From NCBI GenBank assembly GCA_043228905.1, contig JBHGNT010000035.1, forward strand, positions 62,001 through 126,000: DNA of 64,000 nucleotides, written 5' to 3'. The notes beneath the pieces were generated by a model. It made no database searches. It saw only the letters and a program-made list of their open reading frames with translations, and was not told the origin of the DNA. Positions 1-14,900 of this stretch are shown here, piece after piece. A program made the position numbers and the translations under genes. The DNA comes from Azolla caroliniana (lineage: Eukaryota; Plantae; Polypodiophyta). Numbering within the stretch: the stretch's first letter is position 1; each line of letters starts with the position of its first letter.

Positions 1-2979
1 GTGTTGTTAGCTTCGATTCGCATGTTTGAACACAAAAATCCGATATGACACGAGCCAGGTATGAACATTTTAATTTACCTAATAGCTCTTCTCAACTCAC
101 TCCTCATATTTTGTAATTTCGTCATGTCTCTCGACCTGAGTTTCAAAATCCTGATTTTTTAATTCTATATCATAGCTAGCGTTGTTAGCTTCGATTCGCA
201 TATTTGAACACATAAATCCGATATCACACGAGCCAGGTATGAACATTTTAATTTACTCAAGGGCTCCCTCAACTCCCTCAAGTTTGCTATTTTCGTCATG
301 TCTCTCGACCCGAGTTTCAAAATCTTGAACACATCATAGCTAGCGTTGTTAGCTTCGATTCGCATATTTGAACACAAAAATCCGATATCACACTCGCCAG
401 GTATGAATATTTTAATTTACCTACTCGCTCTTCTCAACTCACTCCTCAAATTTGGTAATTTCGTCATGTCTCTCGACCTGAGTTTCAAAATCTTGATTTT
501 TTAATTCCATATCAAAACTAGCGTTGTTAGCTTCGATTCGCAGGTTTGAACACAAAAATCCGATATCACACGAGCCAGGTATGAACATTTTAATTTACTC
601 AAGGGCTCCTCTCAACCCCCTCCTCAAGTTTGCTAATTTCTTCATATCTCTCGACCTATGTTTAAAATCTTGAGTTTTTAAATCCACATAATAGCTAGCG
701 TTGTTAGCTTCGATTCGCATATTTGAACACAAAAATCCGATATCACACGAGCCAGGTATGGACATTTTCGTTTACTCAAGGGCTCCTCTCAACTCCCTCC
801 TCGAATTTGGTAATTTCGTCATGTCTCTCGACCTGAGTTTCAAAATCTTGATTTTTTAATTCCATATCATAGCTAGCATTGTTACCTTCGATTCGCATGT
901 TTGAACACAAAACTCCGATATTACACGAGCCAGGTATGGACATTTTAATTTACTCAAGGGCTCCTCTCAACCCCCTCCTCAAGTTTGCTAATTTCTTCAT
1001 ATCGCTCGACCTGAGTTTCAAAATCTTGATTTTTCAATTCCATATCATAGCTAGCGTTGTTAGCTTCGATTCGCATGTTTGAACACGAAAATCCGATATC
1101 ATACGAGCTAGGTACGAATATTTTAATTTACTCAAGGGCTCCTCTCAACTCCCTCCACAAGTTTGCTAATTTCGTCATGCCTCTCGACCTGAGTTTCAAA
1201 ATCTTGATTTTTTAATTCCATATCATAGCTTGCGTTGTTAGCTTCGATTCGCATGTCTGAACACAAAAATCCGATATCATACGAGCCAGGTATGAACATT
1301 TTAATTTACCTACTAGCTCTTCTCAACTCACTCCTCGAATTTAGTAATTTCGTCATGTCTCTCGACCTGAGTTTCAAAATTTTGATTTTTTAATTCCATA
1401 TCAAAACTAGCGTTGTTAGCTTCGATTCGCATGTTTGAACATAAGGGCTCCTCTCAACTCCCTCCTCAAGTTTGCTATTTTCGTCATGTCTCTCGACCTG
1501 AGTTTCAAAATCTTGATTTTTTAATTCCATATCATAGCTAGCGTTGTTAGATTCGATTCGCATGTTTGAACACAAAAATCCGATATCACACGAGCCAGGT
1601 AGGAACATTTTAATTTACTGAAGGGCTCCTCTCAACTCCCTCCTCAAGTTTGCTATTTTCGTCATGTCTCTCGAACTGAGTTTCAAAATCTTGATTTTGT
1701 AATTCCATATCATAGCTAGCGTTGTTAGCTTCGATTCGCATGTTTGAACACAAAAATCCGATATGACACGAGCCAGGTATGAACATTTTAATTTACCTAA
1801 TAGCTCTTCTCAACTCACTCCTCATATTTTGTAATTTCGTCATGTCTCTCGACCTGAGTTTCAAAATCCTGATTTTTTAATTCTATATCATAGCTAGCGT
1901 TGTTAGCTTCGATTCGCATATTTGAACACATAAATCCGATATCACACGAGCCAGGTATGAACATTTTAATTTACTCAAGGGCTCCCTCAACTCCCTCAAG
2001 TTTGCTATTTTCGTCATGTCTCTCGACCCGAGTTTCAAAATCTTGAACACATCATAGCTAGCGTTGTTAGCTTCGATTCGCATATTTGAACACAAAAATC
2101 CGATATCACACTCGCCAGGTATGAATATTTTAATTTACCTACTCGCTCTTCTCAACTCACTCCTCAAATTTGGTAATTTCGTCATGTCTCTCGACCTGAG
2201 TTTCAAAATCTTGATTTTTTAATTCCATATCAAAACTAGCGTTGTTAGCTTCGATTCGCAGGTTTGAACACAAAAATCCGATATCACACGAGCCAGGTAT
2301 GAACATTTTAATTTACTCAAGGGCTCCTCTCAACCCGCTCCTCAAGTTTGCTAATTTCTTCATATCTCTCGACCTATGTTTAAAATCTTGAGTTTTTAAA
2401 TCCACATAATAGCTAGCGTTGTTAGCTTCGATTCGCATATTTGAACACAAAAATCCGATATCACACGAGCCAGGTATGGACATTTTCGTTTACTCAAGGG
2501 CTCCTCTCAACTCCCTCCTCGAATTTGGTAATTTCGTCATGTCTCTCGACCTGAGTTTCAAAATCTTGATTTTTTAATTCCATATCATAGCTAGCATTGT
2601 TACCTTCGATTCGCATGTTTGAACACAAAACTCCGATATTACACGAGCCAGGTATGGACATTTTAATTTACTCAAGGGCTCCTCTCAACCCCCTCCTCAA
2701 GTTTGCTAATTTCTTCATATCGCTCGACCTGAGTTTCAAAATCTTGATTTTTCAATTCCATATCATAGCTAGCGTTGTTAGCTTCCATTCGCATGTTTGA
2801 ACACGAAAATCCGATATCATACGAGCTAGGTACGAATATTTTAATTTACTCAAGGGCTCCTCTCAACTCCCTCCACAAGTTTGCTAATTTCGTCATGCCT
2901 CTCGACCTGAGTTTCAAAATCTTGATTTTTTAATTCCATATCATAGCTTGCGTTGTTAGCTTCGATTCGCATATTTGAA

Positions 2980-5900
2980 CACATAAATCCGATATCACAC
3001 GAGCCAGGTAGGAACATTTTAATTTACTCTAGGGGTCCTCACAACTCCCTCTTCAAGTTTGCTAATTCCGTCATGTCTCTCGATGTGAGTTTCAAAATCT
3101 TGATTTTTTAATTCCATATCATAGCTAGCGTTGTTAGATTCGATTCGCATGTTTGAACACAAAAATCCGATTTCACACGAGCCAGGTATGGACATTTTAG
3201 TTTACTCAAGGGCTCCTCTCAACTCCCTCCACAAGTTTGCTAATTTCTTCATATATGTCGACCTGAGTTTCAAAATCATGAGTTTTTAAATCCACATCAT
3301 AGCTAGCGTTATTAGCTTCGATTCGCATGTTTGAATACAAAAATCCGATATCACACTCGCCAGGTATGAATATTTAAATTTACCTACCTACTCTTCTCAA
3401 CTCCCTCCTCGAATTTGGTAATTTCGTCATGTCTCTCGACCCTAGTTTGAAAATCTTAATTTTTTAATTCCTTATCATAGCTAGCGTTGTTAGCTTTGAT
3501 TCGCATGTTTGAACACATAAATCCGATATGACACTCGCTAGGTATGAACATTTAAATTTACCTACTAGCTCTTCTCAACTCACTCCTCAAATTTGGTAAT
3601 TTCCTCATGTCTCTCGACCTGAGTTTCAAAATCTTGATTTTTTAATTCCATATCATAGGTACCGTTGTTAGCTTCGATTCGCATGTTTGAATACAAAAAT
3701 CCGATATCACACGAGCCAGGTATGGACATTTTCGTTTACTCAAGGGCTCCTCTGAACTCCCTCCTCATGTTTGCTAATTTCGTCATGTCTCTCGACCTGA
3801 GTTTCAAAATCTTGATTTTTTAATTCCATATCATAGCTAGCGTTGTTAGCTTCGATTCGCATGTCTGAACACAAAAATCCGATATCACACGAGCGAGGTA
3901 TGAACATTTTAATTTACCTACTAGCTCTTCTCAACTCACTCCTCGAATTTAGTAATTTCGTCATGTCTCTCGACCTGAGTTTCAAAATCTTGATTTTTTA
4001 ATTCCATATCAAAACTAGCGTTGTTAGCTTCGATTCGCATGTTTGAACACAAAAATCCGATATCACACGAGCCAGTTATGAACATTTTAATTTACTCAAG
4101 GGCTCCTCTCAACTCCCTCCTCAAGTTTGCTAATTTCTTCATATCTCTCGACCTAAGTTTAAAATCTTGAGTTTTTAAATCCACATCATAGCTAGCGTTG
4201 TTAGCTTCGATTCGCATATTTGAACACAAAAATCCGATATCACACTCGCCAGGTATGAATATTTTAATTTACCTACTAGCTCTTCTCAACTCACTCCTCA
4301 AATTTGGTAATTTCGTCATGTCTCTCGACCTGAGTTTCAAAATCTTGATTTTTTAACTCCATATCATTGCTAGCGTTGTTAGATTCGATTCACATGTTTG
4401 AACACAAAAATCCGATATCACACGAGCCAGGTAGGAACATTTTAATTTACTCTAGGGGTCCTCACAACTCCCTCTTCAAGTTTGCTAATTTCGTCATGTC
4501 TCTCGATGTGAGTTTCAAAATCTTGATTTTTTAATTCCATATCATAGCTAGCGTTGTTAGATTCGATTCGCATGTTTGAACACAAAAATCCGATTTCACA
4601 CGAGCCAGGTATGGACATTTTAGTTTACTCAAGGGCTCCTCTCAACTCCCTCCTCAAGTTTGTTAATTTATTCATATCTCTCGACCTGAGTTTCAAAATT
4701 ATGAGTTTTTAAATCCACATCATAGCTAGCGTTATTAGCTTCGATTCGCATGTTTGAATACAAAAATCCGATATCACACTCGCCAGGTATGAATATTTAA
4801 ATTTACCTACCTACTCTTCTCAACTCCCTCCTCAAATTTGGTAATTTTGTCATGTCTCTCGACCCTAGTTTGAAAATTATTGATTTTTTAATTCCTTATC
4901 ATAGCTAGCGTTGTTAGCTTTGATTCGCATGTTTGAACACATAAATCCGATATGACACTCGCTAGGTATGAACATTTAAATTTACCTACTAGCTCTTCTC
5001 AACTCACTCCTCAAATTTGGTAATTTCCTCATATCTCTCGACCTGAGTTTCAAAATCTTGATTTTTTAATTCCATATCATAGGTACCGTTGTTAGCTTCG
5101 ATTCACATGTTTGAATACAAAAATCCGATACCACACGAGCCAGGTATGGACATTTTGGTTTACTCAAGGGCTCCTCTGAACTCCCTCCTCATGTTTGCTA
5201 ATTTCGTCATGTCTCTCGACCTGAGTTTCAAAATCTTGATTTTTTAATTCCATATCATAGCTAGCGTTGTTAGCTTCGATTCGCATGTCTGAACACAAAA
5301 ATCCGATATCACACGAGCCAGGTATGAACATTTTAATTTACCTACTAGCTCTTCTCAACTCACTCCTCGAATTTAGTAATTTCGTCATGTCTCTCGACCT
5401 GAGTTTCAAAATCTTGATTTTTTAATTCCATATCAAAACTAGCGTTGTTAGCTTCGATTCGCATGTTTGAACACAAAAATCCGATATCACACGAGCCAGG
5501 TATGAACATTTTAATTTACTCAAGGGCTCCTCTCAACTCCCTCCTCAAGTTTGCTAATTTCTTCATATCTCTCGACCTAAGTTTAAAATCTTGAGTTTTT
5601 AAATCCACATCATAGCTAGCGTTGTTAGCTTCGATTCGCATATTTGAACACAAAAATCCGATATCACACTCGCCAGGTATGAATATTTTAATTTACCTAC
5701 TAGCTCTTCTCAACTCACTCCTCAAATTTGGTAATTTCGTCATGTCTCTCGACCTGAGTTTCAAAATCTTGATTTTTTAACTCCATATCACTGCTAGCAT
5801 TGTTACCTTCGATTCGCATGTTTGAACACAAAAATCCGATATCACACGAGCCAGGTAGGAACATTTTAATTTACTCTAGGGGTCCTCACAACTCCCTCTT

Positions 5901-7900
5901 CAAGTTTGCTAATTCCGTCATGTCTCTCGATGTGAGTTTCAAAATCTTGATTTTTTAATTCCATATCATAGCTAGCGTTGTTAGATTCGATTCGCATGTT
6001 TGAACACAAAAATCCGATTTCACACGAGCCAGGTATGGACATTTTAGTTTACTCAAGGGCTCCTCTCAACTCCCTCCTCAAGTTTGTTAATTTCTTCATA
6101 TCTCTCGACCTGAGTTTCAAAATCATGAGTTTTTAAATCCACATCATAGCTAGCGTTATTAGCTTCGATTCGCATGTTTGAATACAAAAATCCGATATCA
6201 CACTCGCCAGGTATGAATATTTAAATTTACCTACCTACTCTTCTCAACTCCCTCCTCAAATTTGGTAATTTTGTCATGTCTCTCGACCCTAGTTTGAAAA
6301 TCTTGATTTTTTAATTCCTTATCATAGCTAGCGTTGTTAGCTTTGATTCGCATGTTTGAACACATAAATCCGATATGACACTCGCTAGGTATGAACATTT
6401 AAATTTACCTACTAGCTCTTCTCAACTCACTCCTCAAATTTGGTAATTTCCTCATGTCTCTCGACCTGAGTTTCAAAATCTTGATTTTTTAATTCCATAT
6501 CATAGGTACCGTTGTTAGCTTCGATTCGCATGTTTGAATACAAAAATACGATACCACACGAGCCAGGTATGGACATTTTGGTTTACTCAAGGGCTCCTCT
6601 GAACTCCCTCCTCATGTTTGCTAATTTCGTCATGTCTCTCGACCTGAGTTTCAAAATCTTGATTTTTTAATTCCATATCATAGCTAGCGTTGTTAGCTTC
6701 GATTCGCATGTCTGAACACAAAAATCCGATATCACACGAGCCAGGTATGAACATTTTAATTTACCTACTAGCTCTTCTCAACTCACTCCTCGAATTTAGT
6801 AATTTCGTCATGTCTCTCGACCTGAGTTTCAAAATCTTGATTTTTTAATTCCATATCAAAACTAGCGTTGTTAGCTTCGATTCGCATGTTTGAACACAAA
6901 AATCCGATATCACACGAGCCAGGTATGAACATTTTAATTTACTCAAGGGCTCCTCTTAACTCCCTCCTCAAGTTTGCTAATTTCTTCATATCTCTCGACC
7001 TAAGTTTAAAATCTTGAGTTTTTAAATCCACATCATAGCTAGCGTTGTTAGCTTCGATTCGCATATTTGAACACAAAAATCCGATATCACACTCGCCAGG
7101 TATGAATATTTTAATTTACCTACTAGCTCTTCTCAACTCACTCCTCAAATTTGGTAATTTCGTCATGTCTCTCGACCTGAGTTTCAAAATCTTGATTTTT
7201 TAACTCCATATCATTGCTAGCGTTGTTAGATTCGATTCACATGTTTGAACACAAAAATCCGATATCACACGAGCCAGGTAGGAACATTTTAATTTACTCT
7301 AGGGGTCCTCACAACTCCCTCTTCAAGTTTGCTAATTTCGTCATGTCTCTCGATGTGAGTTTCAAAATCTTGATTTTTTAATTCCATATCATAGCTAGCG
7401 TTGTTAGATTCGATTCGCATGTTTGAACACAAAAATCCGATTTCACACGAGCCAGGTATGGACATTTTGTTTACTCAAGGGCTCCTCTCAACTCCCTCCT
7501 CAAGTTTGTTAATTTCTTCATATCTCTCGACCTGAGTTTCAAAATCATGAGTTTTTAAATCCACATCATAGCTAGCGTTCTTAGCTTCGATTCGCATGTT
7601 TGAATACAAAAATCCGATATCACACTCGCCAGGTATGAACATTTAAATTTACCTACCTACTCTTCTCAACTCCCTCCTCAAATTTGGTAATTTCGTTATG
7701 TCTCTCGACCTAATTTCTCAAATCTTGATTTTTTAAATCCTTATCATAGCTAGCGTTGTTATCTTCGATTCGCATGTTTGAACACATAAATCCGATATGA
7801 CACTCGCCAGGTATGAACATTTAAATTTACCTACTAGCTCTTCTCAACTCACTCCTCAAATTTGGTAATTTCCTCATGTCTCTCGACCTGAGTTTCAAAA
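2980..7900 (+). repeat. 8-monomer higher-order repeat (~1423 bp), block 1
   Basis: The rare variant GGTACC occurs at 3658, 5082 and 6505 (spacings 1424, 1423). Other variants (CTCTAGGGGTCCTCAC, CTCGATGTGAG) share this period. Block edges are approximate. Confidence 0.85.
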
Positions 7901-10900
7901 TCTTGACTTTTTAATTCAATATCATAGCTAGCGTTGTTAGATTCGATTCGCATATTTGAACACAAAAATCCGATATCACACAAGCCAGGTAGGAACATTT
8001 TAATTTACTCAAGGGCTCCTCTCAACTCCCTCCTCAAGTTTGCTATTTTCGTCATGTCTCTCGACCTGAGTTTCAAAATCTTTATTTTTTAATTCCATAT
8101 CATAGATAGCGTTGTTAGATTTAATTCACATGTTTGAACACAAAAATCCGATATCACACGAGCCAGATAGGAACATTTTAATTTACTCAAGGGCTCCTCT
8201 CAACTCACTCCTCGAATTTAGTAATTTCGTCATGTCTCTCGACCTGAGTTTCAAAATCTTGAATTTTCAATTCCATATCATAGCTAGCGTTGTTAGCTTC
8301 GATTCGCATATTTGAACACAAAAATCTGATATCATACGAGCCAGGTACGAACATTTTAATTTACTCAACGGCTCCTCTCAACTCCCTCCTCAAGTTTGCT
8401 ATTTTCGTCATGCCTCTTGACCTGAGTTTCAAAATCTTGATTTTTTAATTCCATATTATAGCTTGCGTTGTTAGCTTCGATTCGCATGTCTGAACACAAA
8501 AATCCGATATCACACGAGCCAGGTATGAGCATTTTAATTTACCTACTAGCTCTTCTCAACTCCTTCCTCGAATTTGGTAATTTCGTCATGTCTCTGGACC
8601 TGAGTTTCAAAATCTTGATTTTTTAATTCCATATCAAAACTAGCGTTGTTAGCTTCGATTCGCATGTTTGAACACAAAAATCCGATATCACACGAGCCAG
8701 GTAAGAACATTTTAATTTACTCAAGGGCTCCTCTCAACACCCTCCTCAAGTTTGCTAATTTCTTCATATCTCTCGACCTGAGTTTCAAAATCTTGATTTT
8801 TTAATTCGATATCATAGCTAGTGTTGTTAGCTTCGATTCGCATGTTTGAACACAAAAATCCGATATCACACGAGCCAGGTATGAACAATTTAATTTACCT
8901 ACTAGCTCTTCTCAACTCACTCCTCAAATTTGGTAATTTCGTCATGTCTCTCGACCTGAGTTTCAAAATCTTGATTTTTTAATTCCATATCATAGCTAGC
9001 GTTTTAAGCTTCGATTCGTATGTTTGAACACAAAAATCCGATATCACACGAGCCAGTTATGAACATTTTAATTTACTCAAGGGCTCCTCTCAACTCCCTC
9101 CTCAAGTTTGCTAATTTCTTGATATCTCTCGACCTGAGTTTAAAAATCTTGATTTTTTAAATCCACATCATAGCTACCGCTGTTAGCTTCGATTCGCATG
9201 TTTGAACACATAAATTCGATATGACACGAGCCACGTATGAACATTTTAATTTACCTACTAGCTCTTCTCAACTCACTCCTCAAATTTGGTAATTTCGTCA
9301 TGTCTCACGACCTGCGTTTCAAAATCTTGACTTTTTAATTCCATATCATAGCTAGCGTTGTTAGATTCGAATGGCATATTTGAACACAAAAATCCGATAT
9401 CACACGAGCCAGGTAGGAACATTTTAATTTACTCAAGGGCTCCTCTCAACTCCCTCCTCAAGTTTGCTATTTTCGTCATGTCTCTCGACCTGAGTTTCAA
9501 AATCTTGATTTTTTAATTCCATATCATAGCTAGCGTTGTTAGATTCGATTCGCATGTTTGAACACAAAAATCCGATATCACACGAGCCAGGTAGGAACAT
9601 TTTAATTTACTGAAGGGCTCCTCTCAACTCCCTCCTCAAGTTTGCTATTTTCGTCATGTCTCTCGAACTGAGTTTCAAAATCTTGATTTTGTAATTCCAT
9701 ATCATAGCTAGCGTTGTTAGCTTCGATTCGCATGTTTGAACACAAAAATCCGATATGACACGAGCCAGGTATGAACATTTTAATTTACCTAATAGCTCTT
9801 CTCAACTCACTCCTCATATTTTGTAATTTCGTCATGTCTCTCGACCTGAGTTTCAAAATCCTGATTTTTTAATTCTATATCATAGCTAGCGTTGTTAGCT
9901 TCGATTCGCATATTTGAACACATAAATCCGATATCACACGAGCCAGGTATGAACATTTTAATTTACTCAAGGGCTCCCTCAACTCCCTCAAGTTTGCTAT
10001 TTTCGTCATGTCTCTCGACCCGAGTTTCAAAATCTTGAACACATCATAGCTAGCGTTGTTAGCTTCGATTCGCATATTTGAACACAAAAATCCGATATCA
10101 CACTCGCCAGGTATGAATATTTTAATTTACCTACTCGCTCTTCTCAACTCACTCCTCAAATTTGGTAATTTCGTCATGTCTCTCGACCTGAGTTTCAAAA
10201 TCTTGATTTTTTAATTCCATATCAAAACTAGCGTTGTTAGCTTCGATTCGCAGGTTTGAACACAAAAATCCGATATCACACGAGCCAGGTATGAACATTT
10301 TAATTTACTCAAGGGCTCCTCTCAACCCCCTCCTCAAGTTTGCTAATTTCTTCATATCTCTCGACCTATGTTTAAAATCTTGAGTTTTTAAATCCACATA
10401 ATAGCTAGCGTTGTTAGCTTCGATTCGCATATTTGAACACAAAAATCCGATATCACACGAGCCAGGTATGGACATTTTCGTTTACTCAAGGGCTCCTCTC
10501 AACTCCCTCCTCGAATTTGGTAATTTCGTCATGTCTCTCGACCTGAGTTTCAAAATCTTGATTTTTTAATTCCATATCATAGCTAGCATTGTTACCTTCG
10601 ATTCGCATGTTTGAACACAAAACTCCGATATTACACGAGCCAGGTATGGACATTTTAATTTACTCAAGGGCTCCTCTCAACCCCCTCCTCAAGTTTGCTA
10701 ATTTCTTCATATCGCTCGACCTGAGTTTCAAAATCTTGATTTTTCAATTCCATATCATAGCTAGCGTTGTTAGCTTCGATTCGCATGTTTGAACACGAAA
10801 ATCCGATATCATACGAGCTAGGTACGAATATTTTAATTTACTCAAGGGCTCCTCTCAACTCCCTCCACAAGTTTGCTAATTTCGTCATGCCTCTCGACCT

Positions 10901-11999
10901 GAGTTTCAAAATCTTGATTTTTTAATTCCATATCATAGCTAGCGTTGTTAGCTTCGATTCGCATATTTGAACACATAAATCCGATATCACACGAGCCAGG
11001 TATGAACATTTTAATTTACTCAAGGGCTCCCTCAACTCCCTCAAGTTTGCTATTTTCGTCATGTCTCTCGACCCGAGTTTCAAAATCTTGAACACATCAT
11101 AGCTAGCGTTGTTAGCTTCGATTCGCATATTTGAACACAAAAATCCGATATCACACTCGCCAGGTATGAATATTTTAATTTACCTACTCGCTCTTCTCAA
11201 CTCACTCCTCAAATTTGGTAATTTCGTCATGTCTCTCGACCTGAGTTTCAAAATCTTGATTTTTTAATTCCATATCAAAACTAGCGTTGTTAGCTTCGAT
11301 TCGCAGGTTTGAACACAAAAATCCGATATCACACGAGCCAGGTATGAACATTTTAATTTACTCAAGGGCTCCTCTCAACCCCCTCCTCAAGTTTGCTAAT
11401 TTCTTCATATCTCTCGACCTATGTTTAAAATCTTGAGTTTTTAAATCCACATAATAGCTAGCGTTGTTAGCTTCGATTCGCATATTTGAACACAAAAATC
11501 CGATATCACACGAGCCAGGTATGGACATTTTCGTTTACTCAAGGGCTCCTCTCAACTCCCTCCTCGAATTTGGTAATTTCGTCATGTCTCTCGACCTGAG
11601 TTTCAAAATCTTGATTTTTTAATTCCATATCATAGCTAGCATTGTTACCTTCGATTCGCATGTTTGAACACAAAACTCCGATATTACACGAGCCAGGTAT
11701 GGACATTTTAATTTACTCAAGGGCTCCTCTCAACCCCCTCCTCAAGTTTGCTAATTTCTTCATATCGCTCGACCTGAGTTTCAAAATCTTGATTTTTCAA
11801 TTCCATATCATAGCTAGCGTTGTTAGCTTCGATTCGCATGTTTGAACACGAAAATCCGATATCATACGAGCTAGGTACGAATATTTTAATTTACTCAAGG
11901 GCTCCTCTCAACTCCCTCCACAAGTTTGCTAATTTCGTCATGCCTCTCGACCTGAGTTTCAAAATCTTGATTTTTTAATTCCATATCATAGCTTGCGTT

Positions 12000-14900
12000 G
12001 TTAGCTTCGATTCGCATGTCTGAACACAAAAATCCGATATCATACGAGCCAGGTATGAACATTTTAATTTACCTACTAGCTCTTCTCAACTCACTCCTCG
12101 AATTTAGTAATTTCGTCATGTCTCTCGACCTGAGTTTCAAAATTTTGATTTTTTAATTCCATATCAAAACTAGCGTTGTTAGCTTCGATTCGCATGTTTG
12201 AACACAAAAATACGATATCACACGAGCCAGGTATGAACATTTTTATTTACTCAAGGGCTCCTCTCAACTCCCTCCTCAAGTTTGCTAATTTCTTCATATC
12301 TCTCGACCTAAGTTTAAAATCTTGAGTTTTTAAATCCACATCATAGCTAGCGTTGTTAGCTTCGATTCGCATATTTGAACACAAAAATCCGATATCACAC
12401 TCGCCAGGTATGAATATTTTAATTTACCTACTAGCTCTTCTCAACTCACTCCTCAAATTTGGTAATTTCGTCATGTCTCTCGACCTGAGTTTCAAAATCT
12501 TGATTTTTTAACTCCATATCACTGCTAGCATTGTTACCTTCGATTCGCATGTTTGAACACAAAAATCCGATATCACACGAGCCAGGTAGGAACATTTTAA
12601 TTTACTCTAGGGGTCCTCACAACTCCCTCTTCAAGTTTGCTAATTCCGTCATGTCTCTCGATGTGAGTTTCAAAATCTTGATTTTTTAATTCCATATCAT
12701 AGCTAGCGTTGTTAGATTCGATTCGCATGTTTGAACACAAAAATCCGATTTCACACGAGCCAGGTATGGACATTTTAGTTTACTCAAGGGCTCCTCTCAA
12801 CTCCCTCCACAAGTTTGCTAATTTCTTCATATATGTCGACCTGAGTTTCAAAATCATGAGTTTTTAAATCCACATCATAGCTAGCGTTATTAGCTTCGAT
12901 TCGCATGTTTGAATACAAAAATCCGATATCACACTCGCCAGGTATGAATATTTAAATTTACCTACCTACTCTTCTCAACTCCCTCCTCGAATTTGGTAAT
13001 TTCGTCATGTCTCTCGACCCTAGTTTGAAAATCTTAATTTTTTAATTCCTTATCATAGCTAGCGTTGTTAGCTTTGATTCGCATGTTTGAACACATAAAT
13101 CCGATATGACACTCGCTAGGTATGAACATTTAAATTTACCTACTAGCTCTTCTCAACTCACTCCTCAAATTTGGTAATTTCCTCATGTCTCTCGACCTGA
13201 GTTTCAAAATCTTGATTTTTTAATTCCATATCATAGGTACCGTTGTTAGCTTCGATTCGCATGTTTGAATACAAAAATCCGATATCACACGAGCCAGGTA
13301 TGGACATTTTCGTTTACTCAAGGGCTCCTCTGAACTCCCTCCTCATGTTTGCTAATTTCGTCATGTCTCTCGACCTGAGTTTCAAAATCTTGATTTTTTA
13401 ATTCCATATCATAGCTAGCGTTGTTAGCTTCGATTCGCATGTCTGAACACAAAAATCCGATATCACACGAGCGAGGTATGAACATTTTAATTTACCTACT
13501 AGCTCTTCTCAACTCACTCCTCGAATTTAGTAATTTCGTCATGTCTCTCGACCTGAGTTTCAAAATCTTGATTTTTTAATTCCATATCATAGCTAGCGTT
13601 GTTAGCTTCGATTCGCATGTTTGAACACAAAAATCCGATATCACACGAGCCAGTTATGAACATTTTAATTTACTCAAGGGCTCCTCTCAACTCCCTCCTC
13701 AAGTTTGCTAATTTCTTCATATCTCTCGACCTAAGTTTAAAATCTTGAGTTTTTAAATCCACATCATAGCTAGCGTTGTTAGCTTCGATTCGCATATTTG
13801 AACACAAAAATCCGATATCACACTCGCCAGGTATGAATATTTTAATTTACCTACTAGCTCTTCTCAACTCACTCCTCAAATTTGGTAATTTCGTCATGTC
13901 TCTCGACCTGAGTTTCAAAATCTTGATTTTTTAACTCCATATCATTGCTAGCGTTGTTAGATTCGATTCACATGTTTGAACACAAAAATCCGATATCACA
14001 CGAGCCAGGTAGGAACATTTTAATTTACTCTAGGGGTCCTCACAACTCCCTCTTCAAGTTTGCTAATTTCGTCATGTCTCTCGATGTGAGTTTCAAAATC
14101 TTGATTTTTTAATTCCATATCATAGCTAGCGTTGTTAGATTCGATTCGCATGTTTGAACACAAAAATCCGATTTCACACGAGCCAGGTATGGACATTTTA
14201 GTTTACTCAAGGGCTCCTCTCAACTCCCTCCTCAAGTTTGTTAATTTATTCATATCTCTCGACCTGAGTTTCAAAATTATGAGTTTTTAAATCCACATCA
14301 TAGCTAGCGTTATTAGCTTCGATTCGCATGTTTGAATACAAAAATCCGATATCACACTCGCCAGGTATGAATATTTAAATTTACCTACCTACTCTTCTCA
14401 ACTCCCTCCTCAAATTTGGTAATTTTGTCATGTCTCTCGACCCTAGTTTGAAAATCTTGATTTTTTAATTCCTTATCATAGCTAGCGTTGTTAGCTTTGA
14501 TTCGCATGTTTGAACACATAAATCCGATATGACACTCGCTAGGTATGAACATTTAAATTTACCTACTAGCTCTTCTCAACTCACTCCTCAAATTTGGTAA
14601 TTTCCTCATATCTCTCGACCTGAGTTTCAAAATCTTGATTTTTTAATTCCATATCATAGGTACCGTTGTTAGCTTCGATTCACATGTTTGAATACAAAAA
14701 TCCGATACCACACGAGCCAGGTATGGACATTTTGGTTTACTCAAGGGCTCCTCTGAACTCCCTCCTCATGTTTGCTAATTCCGTCATGTCTCTCGACCTG
14801 AGTTTCAAAATCTTGATTTTTTAATTCCATATCATAGCTAGCGTTGTTAGCTTCGATTCGCATGTCTGAACACAAAAATCCGATATCACACGAGCCAGGT

